Shown here: positions 20,541 through 31,575 of the stretch, one piece after another
How positions within the stretch are numbered: the stretch's first letter is position 1
How the letters are laid out: each line of letters starts with the position of its first letter
DNA from: Terriglobia bacterium
GTDB taxonomy: Bacteria; Acidobacteriota; Terriglobia; JAJPHL01; JAPKYU01
Reading direction: 5' to 3'
DNA length: 64,000 bases
Assembly (NCBI GenBank): GCA_965206645.1
Contig: CBDBKE010000003.1
Location: forward strand, 832,001-896,000
The notes under the pieces: generated by a model
What the model saw: the letters and a program-made list of their open reading frames with translations, nothing else
The model's database searches: none
Told to the model about the DNA's origin: nothing
Made by a program: the position numbers and the translations under genes

Positions 20541-20720
20541 GGGGTTGCTCTCTCCTCTTTGGTCATGCCCTGTGTCCTCCCCCGCTGACATACAGTAACT
20601 ACACTACCGTATTTCCGCTTGACATGCAACGCCACGTAGCGTTAGCCTTTTCTTGCCAAACATCACAGGTGCCGCCCCATCGTCGTGAGGTAGGATTTGA
20701 ATCTGGCGGCACGGAGGCCT

Positions 20721-21464
20721 ATGCAGGACCTAGAGGGGAAGGAACGGCTCGACGTTCCGACGCACGAGCGTGCGTTTGAACTCGTTGACAGGCTCGACAA
20801 CGTGTCCTTCTTTAAAGTTGGCTTAGAGCTGCTTTTGGCCGGAGATGTGCTCGGGTTCATTAAAAAGCTCCAAGAGCGACGTTCTGTTCATGGTGGTGTG
20901 TTTGTCGATCTGAAGCTCTCTGGAGACATCGGTAACACAATCAATAGGGTCGTTAAGGGATGCGTGGCCCTAAATGTAAAGTTCCTCACATTGGTGGAGA
21001 CGAACCCACTGGCCATCACGCTCTCGACACTGAAGACGATTGGGATGACGCGAGGTTCAGCTAGGACCCCTCTGGTGCTAATGGTCCCGCTTCTGTCGAG
21101 CCTTGATACGGATGACCTCGCACAGATCGGAATAGTGAAGGATCCAAAGGATTACATCGTCGAGCGTGGGAGGGCCATGCTGTCGCACGGGTGCGACGGG
21201 TTGATCGTGTCTGGTCAAGCCATACGAACCTGTCGAGAAACTTTTCCGGACATCGACATTGTCAGTCCGGGAATACGGCCAAGATGGGCAACGTCGGACG
21301 ACCACAAGCGATTCACAACCCCGTCTGAAGCAATACAAATGGGTGCCGATTACCTCGTTGTAGGACGCCCGATCAGGGAAGACAGGGATCCTCGACGGGC
21401 TGCTCAGCGCATCATTGACGAGATCGATGAAGCGCTTCAACCGGCGTCCCCACGTCTTCAGTAG
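20721..21464 (+). CDS. pyrF: Orotidine-5'-phosphate decarboxylase (atypical)
   Basis: FFKVGLEL, FVDLKLSGDIGNT, SPGIRP, DDHKR and GADYLVVGRPI. GGAGG RBS. Lower GC than the core genes. Confidence 0.85.
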   Translation: MQDLEGKERLDVPTHERAFELVDRLDNVSFFKVGLELLLAGDVLGFIKKLQERRSVHGGVFVDLKLSGDIGNTINRVVKGCVALNVKFLTLVETNPLAITLSTLKTIGMTRGSARTPLVLMVPLLSSLDTDDLAQIGIVKDPKDYIVERGRAMLSHGCDGLIVSGQAIRTCRETFPDIDIVSPGIRPRWATSDDHKRFTTPSEAIQMGADYLVVGRPIREDRDPRRAAQRIIDEIDEALQPASPRLQ

Positions 21465-21716
21465 CACTTCGGTCCCTTGCAGCGTCTCGGAATCAGTGTT
21501 CTCGACTACCACTTGCGCGAACCTGATTAGATGTTCGATCCTTAGGGTTTATCAGGTAGGATTTATAATCCCCAAGCTAAGCGCAGGGCCTCATACTCCT
21601 CTTTTTCCTGCGGATCAGCAATTTCATCCAGGTAGGATTGCACTGGGCACACTCCTGTGATAGCTTTGGATTGAGCCCAGTGCTTCTCTGGAGCCGACTG
21701 CCATCGGCTCCTTGTA

Positions 21717-22642
21717 TTATCCCACCAAATCCTGATACCGCAACCGCTTCCCGTCCATGCCCTTGGCGATGTTCGCCATCTGGTCAATGGTGTCCAGCTC
21801 GCGGACGTTGTGGCGGACTCGCCCACGTAGCGACCCAGATGCTTAACGCTCATCTTGTGGAAGGTTCCGTGGTAGCCCCGCTTGAGTAGTGACCAGAATG
21901 ACTCGACTCCGTTCGTGTGAGCCATGCCGTTCACAAACTGGCCCGTGCTGTGCTTGACGGTGGTGTGATTCGGCAGTCCCCGATAGGAGATATGCTCATC
22001 GGTGTAGATGTCAGCGCCAGGCTCCGTGTTGCCGAGAATGAAGTCTTGCAGAGTTTCCATGCCTGTGTCGCTCACCACTTCGGCATTCACCTTCCCCGTC
22101 GCCCGGTCCTTGACGCCAGCCACAATCGCCTTGCCGATAGGACCGCGACCGGCATCCAATTTCTTTTTGCCGTGCTTGTTTCGTTCCTTGCCGCCGATAA
22201 AGGTTTCATCCACTTCGACCGGGCCAGCGAACAACTCCCCCTTGTCCTCGAACGCTTTCCGCAGGCGGTGCGCCATATACCAAGCCGATTTCTGCGATAT
22301 TCCCAGATCACGATGCAGCTTCATGCTGGAGGTACCCTTGAGGCCCGTCGTGAACAGGTAAATGGAGATGATCCATGCCTGATAGCTGATATTGGACCTT
22401 TGCATGACCGTGCCCGTCTTCGCGCTGAAGTGCTTGCGGCAACCTCGGCAGCGGTAAGGCATGGTGGGATGGTTGACCTTCGAGGTGCTTACCGATCCGC
22501 AGAGCGGGCAGCAGATTCCATTCGGCCAGCGTTGCTGCTCGAACCACACCTCGGCAGCCTGATCGTCCGGGAACATGCGGAAAAGCCTTGCGAGCGTGAT
22601 GCCCTCCCTATAACTTTTACCGGGCGCTTTGCGTTTCTTCAT
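21717..22642 (-). mobile_element. IS1595-family transposase, frameshifted near 21820
   Basis: Zinc ribbon CPLC/CRGC, VEVDETFIGG, YTDE, HTNGVESFW. The expected C-terminus HNVRELDTIDQM...GKRLRYQDL lies in another frame. Confidence 0.9.
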
Positions 22643-22671
22643 AATGGAACAATAGTAGCCAACTGGGAAGC

Positions 22672-23921
22672 TGACCTGACCGGCACTTTTTGTACCAAGT
22701 GGAAAGAGAGAGAATCCACTTGAGGAGGAAGTGAGGTCATGCCGACAAGGAGTTACAAGCCGGAGCAGATTGTAGCGGTGCTACGGCAGATAGAAGTGCA
22801 GATGGGGAACGGGAAGACTGCGCCCCAAGCCTGCAAAGAAGCTGGAATCCACACCCAAACCTACTGCCGGTGGCGGAAGGAATACGGCGGGCTGAAGGTG
22901 GTGCAGGCAAAACGGCTAAAGGAGTTGGAGAAGGAAAACACGCGGCTGAAGCGGTTGGTAGCGGAGCTTTCTCTGGAGAAGCAGGTGCTGCGGGATGTGG
23001 CACAGGGAAACTTCTGAGCCCTGAGCGGCGGCGTTGTGCGGTGGAGCGTGCGTGGGAGCAACACGGGTTGTCGGAACGGCATGCCTGCCGGCTGCTGGGG
23101 CAATGGCGAGGGACACAACGATACGAGCCGATTCATCGGGTGGACGAGGATGCTCTGACCCGAGCGATCATTGCCCTGGGAGCGAACTACGGGCGATATG
23201 GCTACCGGAGGATCACAGCGTTGCTGCGGAGTGCGGGCTGGGAAGTGGGCAAGGACCGGGTGCAGCGGATTTGGCGGCGGGAAGGGCTGAAAGTGCCGCA
23301 AAAACAAAGGCCGCGAGGACGGCTGTGGCTGAACGACGGTTCCTGTGTACGACTGAGGCCGGAGCGACCGAACCACGTGTGGAGCTACGACTTCATGAGT
23401 GCCAGAACGCACGAGGGGAGAACGCTGCGGCTGCTGACCTTGCTGGATGAGTACACGCGGGAATGCCTGGCGATCCGGGTGGAGCGGAGGATGGGCAGCC
23501 AACAAATCATTGAGGCGTTGTCGGACGTGATGTTGTGGCGAGGGATACCGGAACAGATTCGATCCGACAATGGTCCCGAGTTCATCGCCAAACAACTGCG
23601 CCAGTGGTTGGCAAATCTAGGGACCGGGACACTGCACATCGAACCGGGCAGTCCCTGGGAGAACGGGTACTGCAAGAGTTTCAATGGGAAGCTGCGGGAC
23701 GAATGCCTGAATGGAGAGATCTTCTACTCGTTGAAGGAGGCACAGGTGGTGATTGAACAGTGGAGGGTGCAATACAACACGGTGCGGCCGCACTCGGCGC
23801 TCGGCTATAGGCCCCCGGCGCCGGGGGCCTATAGCCCTCCCCTGCCACTGAAACCAGTTTCACAGCCCCAGGCTGCGATGTAAACTCTCACTACGGTTGG
23901 TACAAAAAATCGGTCTGGTCA
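22672..23921 (+). mobile_element. IS3-family element, copy 1 (orfA 22739-23017, orfB to 23883, -1 frameshift at GGGAAAC)
   Basis: IRL TGACCTGACCGGCACTTTTTGTACCAA, IRR TTGGTACAAAAAATCGGTCTGGTCA. DDE motifs WSYDF and SDNGPEF, but the catalytic Glu reads Lys (YCKSF) in this copy. No TSD. Confidence 0.95.
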
Positions 23922-23976
23922 CCCATTGCCGCCTGACTCCGGATCACCAAACTTTGAAAACTCGAACGAACTGTCG

Positions 23977-24603
23977 ATGAACGAAAAGATTGCCTGGTCT
24001 GGGGCTGTCACTTCGGTCCAACCTCGAATTCGCCTGACCCGTTCTTTCGATGAACGGAGCCACACTTATCTGGGTTACCTGTTGCGGATTGAGGGAACAG
24101 TCGGCGGAGTTTCTGCTGAATTTCGAGTCGGTATTGGCTTCGGAACCCACGCCAAACACCAATTCCGAATGGGTGACCGCGTCGAGGGGCTGGGGCATCG
24201 AGTTGCGGATCCGCGACTCGAAACCGCCGACATCTATGGAGTCAGCAAACTGAAACTGATCCGGCGTGGAGAAGAGCAGGCCTTAGCGGCACCATGGCAT
24301 GGAGTGCCTCCTCCGTTGCCCGCCTATCGCGAGCGCGGGCATCGGCGCCTGGCGGTAACGACCTACGATTCCAAATGTAATAGCTGTATCTGGGGCTGTG
24401 CCATGGCTGTGGAAATGATCATCGACCAATGGAACCCCGACCGACGGCGCTACAGGACGGAAACCTTCTGTTACGGACCTCTGTCCTGTTCCAGCTACAA
24501 GCCCGGTCCCACCCGAAAGGTTCCCGGTCGCCACGGCATGACCTATGAAGAGGAAGACTGGGTCGACCAGGACGCCACCGCGCATCGCGGTCCGAATGAA
24601 TAG
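23977..24603 (+). CDS. Hypothetical protein with Cys-rich C-terminus
   Basis: Intact 208-aa ORF with CNSCIWGC and CYGPLSC. Confidence 0.75.
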   Translation: MNEKIAWSGAVTSVQPRIRLTRSFDERSHTYLGYLLRIEGTVGGVSAEFRVGIGFGTHAKHQFRMGDRVEGLGHRVADPRLETADIYGVSKLKLIRRGEEQALAAPWHGVPPPLPAYRERGHRRLAVTTYDSKCNSCIWGCAMAVEMIIDQWNPDRRRYRTETFCYGPLSCSSYKPGPTRKVPGRHGMTYEEEDWVDQDATAHRGPNE

Positions 24604-24729
24604 CAGCGATCCGGCTGATCAAGGACGCGCTTCCGTTTCTCCAGAAGGTCCTCTTTGAGGGCGTTATTAGTAATTCGCCAGCGACAGGCAAACAGGTCGA
24701 TTTTTGATGCGCCATGGAAATAGGGTTTG

Positions 24730-24758
24730 TTGAGGATGAAGGAGTTAGGAGTTAGAAT
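24730..24758 (+). promoter_or_regulatory. Sigma70-like promoter for tRNA-Arg
   Basis: TTGAGG-N17-TAGAAT ending 8 bp before the tRNA. Confidence 0.6.
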
Positions 24759-24766
24759 GCACGTAT

Positions 24767-24842
24767 GCGCCCGTAGCTCAGAGGATAGAGCATCTGCCTT
24801 CTAAGCAGAGGGTCGCAGGTTCGAGTCCTGCCGGGCGCGCCA
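24767..24842 (+). tRNA. tRNA-Arg(TCT)
   Basis: Acceptor stem GCGCCCG/CGGGCGC, anticodon arm TCTGC-CT-TCT-AA-GCAGA, GTTCGAG T-loop, encoded CCA. Confidence 0.97.
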
Positions 24843-24998
24843 TCCTTTTCAACCGGTTAGAGGGGACCAGTTCCCACGGTCTGCCCGCTTGTCCACACAG
24901 ATGTCCACACGAGTCCGGTAGATGCGGTGTTTTGTGCCGGTCTCCGATGTTTAGTGGCCGTTCGCAATTGCACACAATCCCCCGGCCGGCGCGAGATC

Positions 24999-25120
24999 AT
25001 GCGACGTTTCGCTGGCATCTACGCGCTCTATCGCCGAAAACGTCTCTACTACATCGGCCTGACTACGAACCTCCTAGGCCGAATCAAATGGCATCTCCGA
25101 GACCGGCACGCGCGGAAGTG
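24999..25120 (+). pseudogene. GIY-YIG-like nuclease fragment
   Basis: FAGIYALYRRKRLYYIGLTTNLLGRIKWH, then loss of similarity. Confidence 0.55.
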
Positions 25121-25169
25121 GGGTCTGCGCATTGCCGATCAAGCCGATCAAGGACCGCGTGGGACGACG

Positions 25170-25335
25170 ATGGCAAGGTTGAGTATCGCGATCGCCTCCT
25201 TGGTTCTGGCGTCCTCGGCCGCAACCTGGATGGTGACTGAGCCTGACGCAACGGAGATCGTCAGGCTCTCCGACCTAGCCATCCGAGGCAAAACGCTGCA
25301 GGGAAAGTCCTCCATGACGGTTCGTACTCCCGACC
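25170..25335 (+). pseudogene. N-terminal fragment of a LolA-like lipoprotein-sorting protein
   Basis: Signal peptide followed by DATEIVRLSDLAIRGKT...MTVRTPD, then truncated. Confidence 0.45.
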
Positions 25336-25518
25336 GTCGGAGCGCACCAGGCAGGGCCCGGAGGACTCGTTGAAGGCGAGGCCAAACTGCGCGCCCGGCA
25401 CGGTGGTGATCATCACCTCGTAGAGGTCCCCTACCGTCTTGATAAAGTGGGATTGCCCAATCACCACGTTGGCCCCTTCGGGAATTTCGATGCCGACAGC
25501 GTGCAGATTTACAGCCAT
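25332..25518 (-). pseudogene. Adenosine-specific kinase (DUF355-type) N-terminal fragment
   Basis: NVVIGQSHFIKTV and FGLAFNESSGPCLVR, truncated after about 62 codons. Confidence 0.75.
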
Positions 25519-25551
25519 CCTTTCCTCCAGAAAAACAGCAGCATCGCCAGG

Positions 25552-27474
25552 TGTCAAGGGCGGAGTAAAACTAGACCACTCCGGCGGAGAGAAAGTAGAC
25601 CAGTTCAGGGGTGGTGGAAGCTTTGATTTGAGAGGGAGTTGCGGGGGCGGTTGGAGCGGAGGCCTGCGACGCCCGCAGGGCGGCGCGGTTAGGCCGGAGT
25701 GGAAGCCGCTCTCGCAACTCGTCGCCCAGTATTGGGTGAGATCAGGCGCGAGGCTTTCCGGAACGCCTTCGTTTGCTGTCCTTGAGCCGGCAACTTTCCC
25801 CGTTCATCTCCAGGATGTGGACATGGTGGGTGAGACGATCCAGCAGGGCTCCGGTCAGCCGCTCCGATCCGAAGGCCTCCGTCCATTCGTTGAACGGCAG
25901 GTTGCTGGTCACCACGGTGGCGCTGCGTTCGTAGCGCCGGCTGAAGACCTCAAACAGCAACTCCGCCCCAGTCTTGGATAGCGGCACGAAACCCAGCTCG
26001 TCAATGATCAACAGCTCGAAACTGGAGAGCATCTTCTGGAACCGCATCAGGCGCCGCTCGTCCTTGGCCTCGATCAGCTCATGCGCCAGGGAGGCCGCCG
26101 TAGTGAACCGGACCCGGAACCCTTTCTGACAGGCGGCCAGTCCCAGCGCCAACGCAATGTGGGTTTTTCCCGTGCCCGAGTTCCCTAAAGCCAGGATGTT
26201 CTCCTTGCGTTCGATGAACTCGCCTCGGGCCAGCTCGAGCACCAAGGCCTTATTCAGCGACGGAAGGGCCAGGAAATCGAAACTGTCGAGGCTCTTCACC
26301 ACGTCGAACCTGGCTTGGTGAATGCGCCGCTCGGTGGCGCGCCGTTCCCGGTCCAGCAGCTCCAGCTCCGTCAACCGCAGCAGGTAGCGCGGGAAGTCCA
26401 CGCCCTCGGCAGCGCACTGCTGCGCCACCTTGTCGTACTCACGCAAAAAGGTGGGTAATTGCAGGGCCTTCAGATGGTGTTCCAGCAACACCTGGGGCGT
26501 GTCCATCAGCAGACTCCTTCCCGGAGCAGGGTCAGATAGTCGGCGGCGGCTGTGGTGGCCACCTGCGTCGCCGGCAGGTGCGGATAGTGCTCCAGGTCCA
26601 GCCGCGCCGGCCGCTGCTCGATCCGGCCCAGCAGCAGATGCTTGACCGCGTCAGACCAGATCGCCCCCAGCCGCAAGGCGTCCTCGACGGCCAGCGACAC
26701 TTCCGTCCAACGGAACGTCTCCAGCCGTCGCAGGACCTGCACATACTCCCGCTTGCCCTTCTTGCCTAACCGCGCCTCCATCAGCCGCCGCAGTTGCGCG
26801 AAGCCTTCCGGCAACTCCCAGCCGGCCAGGGGGGCGGCCTGGTTCAACGCGTTCGGCTTCTGCTCCAGCAGCGCCAGATAGTGCAACGGATCGAAGATCA
26901 TCTCTTCCCGTTCCTAGCTCCGGACATGGCGTGCGATCACTTCGCTCGCTGCACAGATCACCACTTCCTCGACGAATCCCTTCACCAGCACCTCCCGGTG
27001 CCCCCAAGCCACCGGCACCGAATAGTCGTTGGATCGATACCGCACCAGCGACAGTGACGTCACCCGTGTGGTCCGTTTGTCGCAGGCCTCATAGGGCGTC
27101 GCCGGCAGGGGCAGCAGCCTCTGTTGATCCTTCGCGAACCGCTCGCCGATCGTCTCTTGATGTCCTCGCAGACGCCGCTCTCGCCGCCGGGTGCACTGTT
27201 CCCGCAGCTTCGCGTGCAACTCCTCCCAGCTGGCACACCGCGGCACCGGCACCAGGAAGTTCCGCCGCACGTAACCCACTAGTCCTTCCACTTTCCCTTT
27301 GTCATTGCCCTTGCCCGGTCGTCCGAACTTCTCCGCAAACAGGTAGTGACTCTGCAGTTCGGAGAACGCCCGCGTCTTGTTCCGTGTTCCGTCACCCAGG
27401 ATCTGCCTCACCGCCAGCTTGGTGTTGTCGTACAGGATCGTGCGAGGCACTCCGCCGAAGTAGCCGAACGCCTG
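25552..27474 (-). mobile_element. IS21-family element, truncated by IS3: intact istB (25742-26506), partial istA with an internal TAG near 26915
   Basis: IstB GNSGTGKTH, IIDELG, LLDRLTHH. IstA YDN and KGKVE motifs. End TGTCAAGGGCGGAGTAAAACTAGACCA with a second internal repeat. Confidence 0.92.
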
Positions 27475-30093
27475 TGACCAGACCGATTTTTTGTACCAAC
27501 CGTAGTGAGAGTTTACATCGCAGCCTGGGGCTGTGAAACTGGTTTCAGTGGCAGGGGAGGGCTATAGAGTCTGTGTGAAAACCGCTCTTGCGAGTCACGT
27601 ATAATGCGCCTTAAGGGGGCGCGATGAAATTCTTGACCTACAACCCGGAGCAAGCGTATCTGCTACCGCCCAGCGTGCGGGAGGTGCTGGGAGAAGATCA
27701 CATCTGTTTTTTTGTGCACCAAGTCGTGGAGCGGCTGGAACTGAGTGCGTTTGAGCAGGGCTACGTGGAAGAAGGCCGCCCGGCCTATCATCCGGCGCTG
27801 TTGCTGAAGGTGTGGCTGTATGCCTACGCGCTGGGCGTGACCTCGGCCCGCCGTCTGGAACAGCGGGTGCGGGAGGACCTGGCGTTCCGTTATCTGGCGG
27901 CCGGAGCGGGGCCGGACTTTTGGACGCTGAACCAGTTTCGGACGCGGCACGCCCGTGCCCTGAACGATCTGTTCACACAGGTGGTGGAGTTGGCGCGGTC
28001 GCTGGGGATGGGGCGGCTGGGACACGTGGCCATGGACTCGACGCGGGTGGCGGCCAACGCCTCGCAGGACCGGGTGGAGACGGTGGCCAAGTTGAGGGCA
28101 GAGCGAGCCAAAATTCGGCGGCAGATTCGTCGCTTGCAGAAACAATGTGACACGCAGTCCTGCGAGGAAGCGGCTGGCCAGCAACTGAGCGGCAAGCAGA
28201 TGGCAGCGCTGGAGAAGCGGCTGGAAGAAATCCCGCGATGCCTGGAGCGGTTGCGCAAAAGCGGGCTGAAGCGGCGTTCGGAAACCGATCCCGACAGCCG
28301 GTTTTTGCCGACCGCAAGGGATTCACGCTGGGTTACACGGCGGAGGTGGCGGTCAGCGAAGATCATCTGATTGTCGAGCAGCACGTGGGGCAAAACGCCA
28401 CCGACAACGCGACGCTGGTCCCTCTGGTGGAGGCGGTCGAGCGGCACTGCCGGGAACGCCCGCGAAGGTCAGCGCCGACAGCGGCTTCTTTTGTGGAGAC
28501 CATCGTGGAAGCCCAGCGTGGCCGACGTCTATGTGCCCGACTCGAACTTGGCGCGGGAACTGAACCGAGGCCAACGCGCGCCCGGAGCACCTGCTGTACG
28601 GCATCCGGAACATCGGCGAATGCGACGCAAGCTGCGCGACCCGGCCGGCCGGGCGGTTTATCAGCGGCGCAAGGCGATCGTGGAACCAGTGATCGGGGTT
28701 TTGAAAGAACAGCGTGGAATGCGGCAGTTCCGGCGGCGGGGCCTGGAGAAGGTCGCGGTGGAGTTCGCGCTGGCCGCAACGGCCTTCAACCTCACCCGCC
28801 TGTGGCGCAACAAACCGAAGCTAAATCAGGAAGGCTAGTTCAGCAGACTCCCGGACCGGCGACTCGGCGAAGATCGAAACACCAGAATTCTGGAGCGAAT
28901 CATGAGATTTCCAGCCAGCTAAACCGAGGGCTATAGGCCCCCGGCGCCGGGGGCCTATAGGCGAGCGCCGAGTGCGGCCGCACCGTGTTGTATTGCACCC
29001 TCCACTGTTCAATCACCACCTGTGCCTCCTTCAACGAGTAGAAGATCTCTCCATTCAGGCATTCGTCCCGCAGCTTCCCATTGAAACTCTCGCAGTACCC
29101 GTTCTCCCAGGGACTGCCCGGTTCGATGTACAGTGTCCCGGTCCCTAGATTTGCCAACCACTGGCGCAGTTGTTTGGCGATGAACTCGGGACCATTGTCG
29201 GATCGAATCTGTTCCGGTATCCCTCGCCACAACATCACGTCCGACAACGCCTCAATGATTTGTTGGCTGCCCATCCTCCGCTCCACCCGGATCGCCAGGC
29301 ATTCCCGCGTGTACTCATCCAGCAAGGTCAGCAGCCGCAGCGTTCTCCCCTCGTGCGTTCTGGCACTCATGAAGTCGTAGCTCCACACGTGGTTCGGTCG
29401 CTCCGGCCTCAGTCGTACACAGGAACCGTCGTTCAGCCACAGCCGTCCTCGCGGCCTTTGTTTTTGCGGCACTTTCAGCCCTTCCCGCCGCCAAATCCGC
29501 TGCACCCGGTCCTTGCCCACTTCCCAGCCCGCACTCCGCAGCAACGCTGTGATCCTCCGGTAGCCATATCGCCCGCACTTCGCTCCCAGGGCAATGATCG
29601 CTCGGGTCAGAGCATCCTCGTCCACCCGATGAATCGGCTCGTATCGTTGTGTCCCTCGCCATTGCCCTAGCAGCCGGCAGGCATGCCGTTCCGACAACCC
29701 GTGTTGCTCCCACGCACGCTCCACCGCACAACGCCGCCGCTCAGGGCTCAGAAGTTTCCCTGTGCCACATCCCGCAGCACCTGCTTCTCCAGAGAAAGCT
29801 TCGCTACCAACCGCTTCAGCCGCGTGTTTTCCTTCTCCAACTCCTTTAGCCGTTTTGCCTGCACCACCTTCAGCCCGCCGTATTCCTTCCGCCACCGGTA
29901 GTAGGTTTGGGTGTGGATTCCAGCTTCTTTGCAGGCTTGGGGCGCAGTCTTCCCGTTCCCCATCTGCACTTCTATCTGCCGTAGCACCGCTACAATCTGC
30001 TCCGGCTTGTAACTCCTTGTCGGCATGACCTCACTTCCTCCTCAAGTGGATTCTCTCTCTTTCCACTTGGTACAAAAAGTGCCGGTCAGGTCA
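27475..30093 (-). mobile_element. IS3-family element, copy 2 (inverted, near-identical to copy 1), interrupted by IS1182
   Basis: Same IRs at 27475 and 30093, orfA 29748-30026, retains YCESF. Confidence 0.95.
27567..28925 (+). mobile_element. IS1182-family element with frameshifted transposase (27624-28838)
   Basis: GRPAYHP, PDFWTLNQFR, MDSTRVAANAS, ETDPDS, YQRRKAIVEPV. Flanked by the direct repeat GAGGGCTATA (27557-27566 and 28926-28935). Confidence 0.9.
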
Positions 30094-30510
30094 GCGAAGC
30101 CTTTAGTTTCGACGATTAGCGAGCACTTAGAAGTGATCTTGTGGAAGCTCCTTGTGAATCCCGCAATGTCTATTTTGCCTCCAGCAACTGGAAATTCAAC
30201 TTTGAGCTTCCGCTCAGCCCATCCCAACGAAAGCAAAAGAGGAAGCACAAGAAACGAGCACGTTTCATGCTCACAGACTTCGGCCCAGTCACAGTAGTTG
30301 TAGTAGTAGTCAGCCAGGAGTCTGATTCGTCGGAACGTATTCGTTAGCTCCTCCGCAGCATCCGGGCGTAGCCCCTCCGCGGCAAAATGTGGCAGGTGAT
30401 GCTCATTCTGGTCGGCTTGGTGGCGAGCATCTGCCGGGCCGAATATGTTCCCCTGACTTGGCCAGAACTCGTCCTGGATCTGATCGCCTTTCACGATCCG
30501 ACTTTGCATG
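30094..30510 (-). pseudogene. Internal fragment of a PD-(D/E)xK / HsdR-N-like nuclease
   Basis: EHETCSFLVLPLLLSLGW...VEFPVAGGKIDIAGF...LIVETK, cut by IS3 on one side and IS6 on the other. Confidence 0.6.
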
Positions 30511-31461
30511 GGCTTTGTCAAGTTAAGGCAGAATCAGGTAGTGGGCTACTTTGAATCCGCAGGAGCTGTCGTAGCGGCGGCCTTTAGGCCGCCATGGGTC
30601 TTGGCAGTCTGAAGCCTGCCGCTACGCCAACAACCCGTGGCAGCCTGAAGCGTCCAAAAGGATCAAAGTAGCCCACTACCCAGAATCAGGCACAATTGGC
30701 GGATGAAATCACAATATCGAGGGCATCGCTTTCCAGCTGAAACTATCAGTCACGCCGTCTGGCTGTACCATCGGTTCACGATGAGCTTTCGCGACGTCGA
30801 AGACCTGCTTGCTGAGCGAGGCAGCATCGTTTCTTACGAGGCAATTCGATATTGGTGTCTGAAGTTCGGGCCGGCCTATGCTCGCAATCTGCGGAGGAAG
30901 CAGGGGCGACTCGGCGACATCTGGCATGTAGATGAGCTCTTCATCAAAATCCGAGGTTAGCACTTCTATCTGTGGCGAGCTGTCGATCAGGATGGAGACG
31001 TAATCGATATTCTGGTTACCAAATGTAGAGATCGTCGAGCCGCTACGCGCTTCTTTCGTAAGATGTTGCAATATCAGAAACGACCACCCTGGCAACTGAT
31101 CACCGACAAGCTGCGCAGTTATAGGGCAGCGCATCGAGAGGTCTTTCCTGGCTGTCGTTCATCGCACCGGTCGATACGAGAACAACAGGGCTGAAGCCTC
31201 GCATCAGCCAACGCGTCAGCAAGAACGCCGGATGAGACGGTTCAAATCAATAGAACATACACAACGTTTTCTCTCAGTCCACGGCCCCATTCAGAACTTG
31301 TTCCGAGTCGGTCGTCATCATCTGAAAGCGCACCATCATCGACTCCTCCGCACCCGGGCTTTTTCCGATTGGAAAGAGATGACGTGCGCCTGTTGAGTAA
31401 TTGCAAAACTCCATTCGTTTTCGGGAGAATCTTGCCTCGGCTCCGTTAACTTGACAAAGCC
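30511..31461 (+). mobile_element. IS6-family element, defective, copy A
   Basis: IRs GGCTTTGTCAAGTTAA / TTAACTTGACAAAGCC. Transposase YRGHRFP and WHVDE with a premature TAG at 30958 and a frameshift near 31150. Confidence 0.93.
30537..30680. mobile_element. 144-bp MITE with 18-bp perfect TIR and 8-bp TSD, carrying an inverted REP-like pair
   Basis: TIR GGTAGTGGGCTACTTTGA, TSD CAGAATCA. The empty site is visible in IS6 copy B. Confidence 0.92.
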
Positions 31462-31575
31462 CTCTACGAAGCTCTTGACTTGCCCGGCCAGCCGCTTCTG
31501 CTCCTGTGCGTATTGCCCGGCCGGTTTGCCTAATTCGTCCGTCAATTGCTGCTCTAGCTGGGTCATAGATCTTCT

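Noticed and set aside
12134-21464. pyrE and pyrF as a linked pyrimidine module
   Set aside because: They are 8 kb apart, on opposite strands, with different composition and context.
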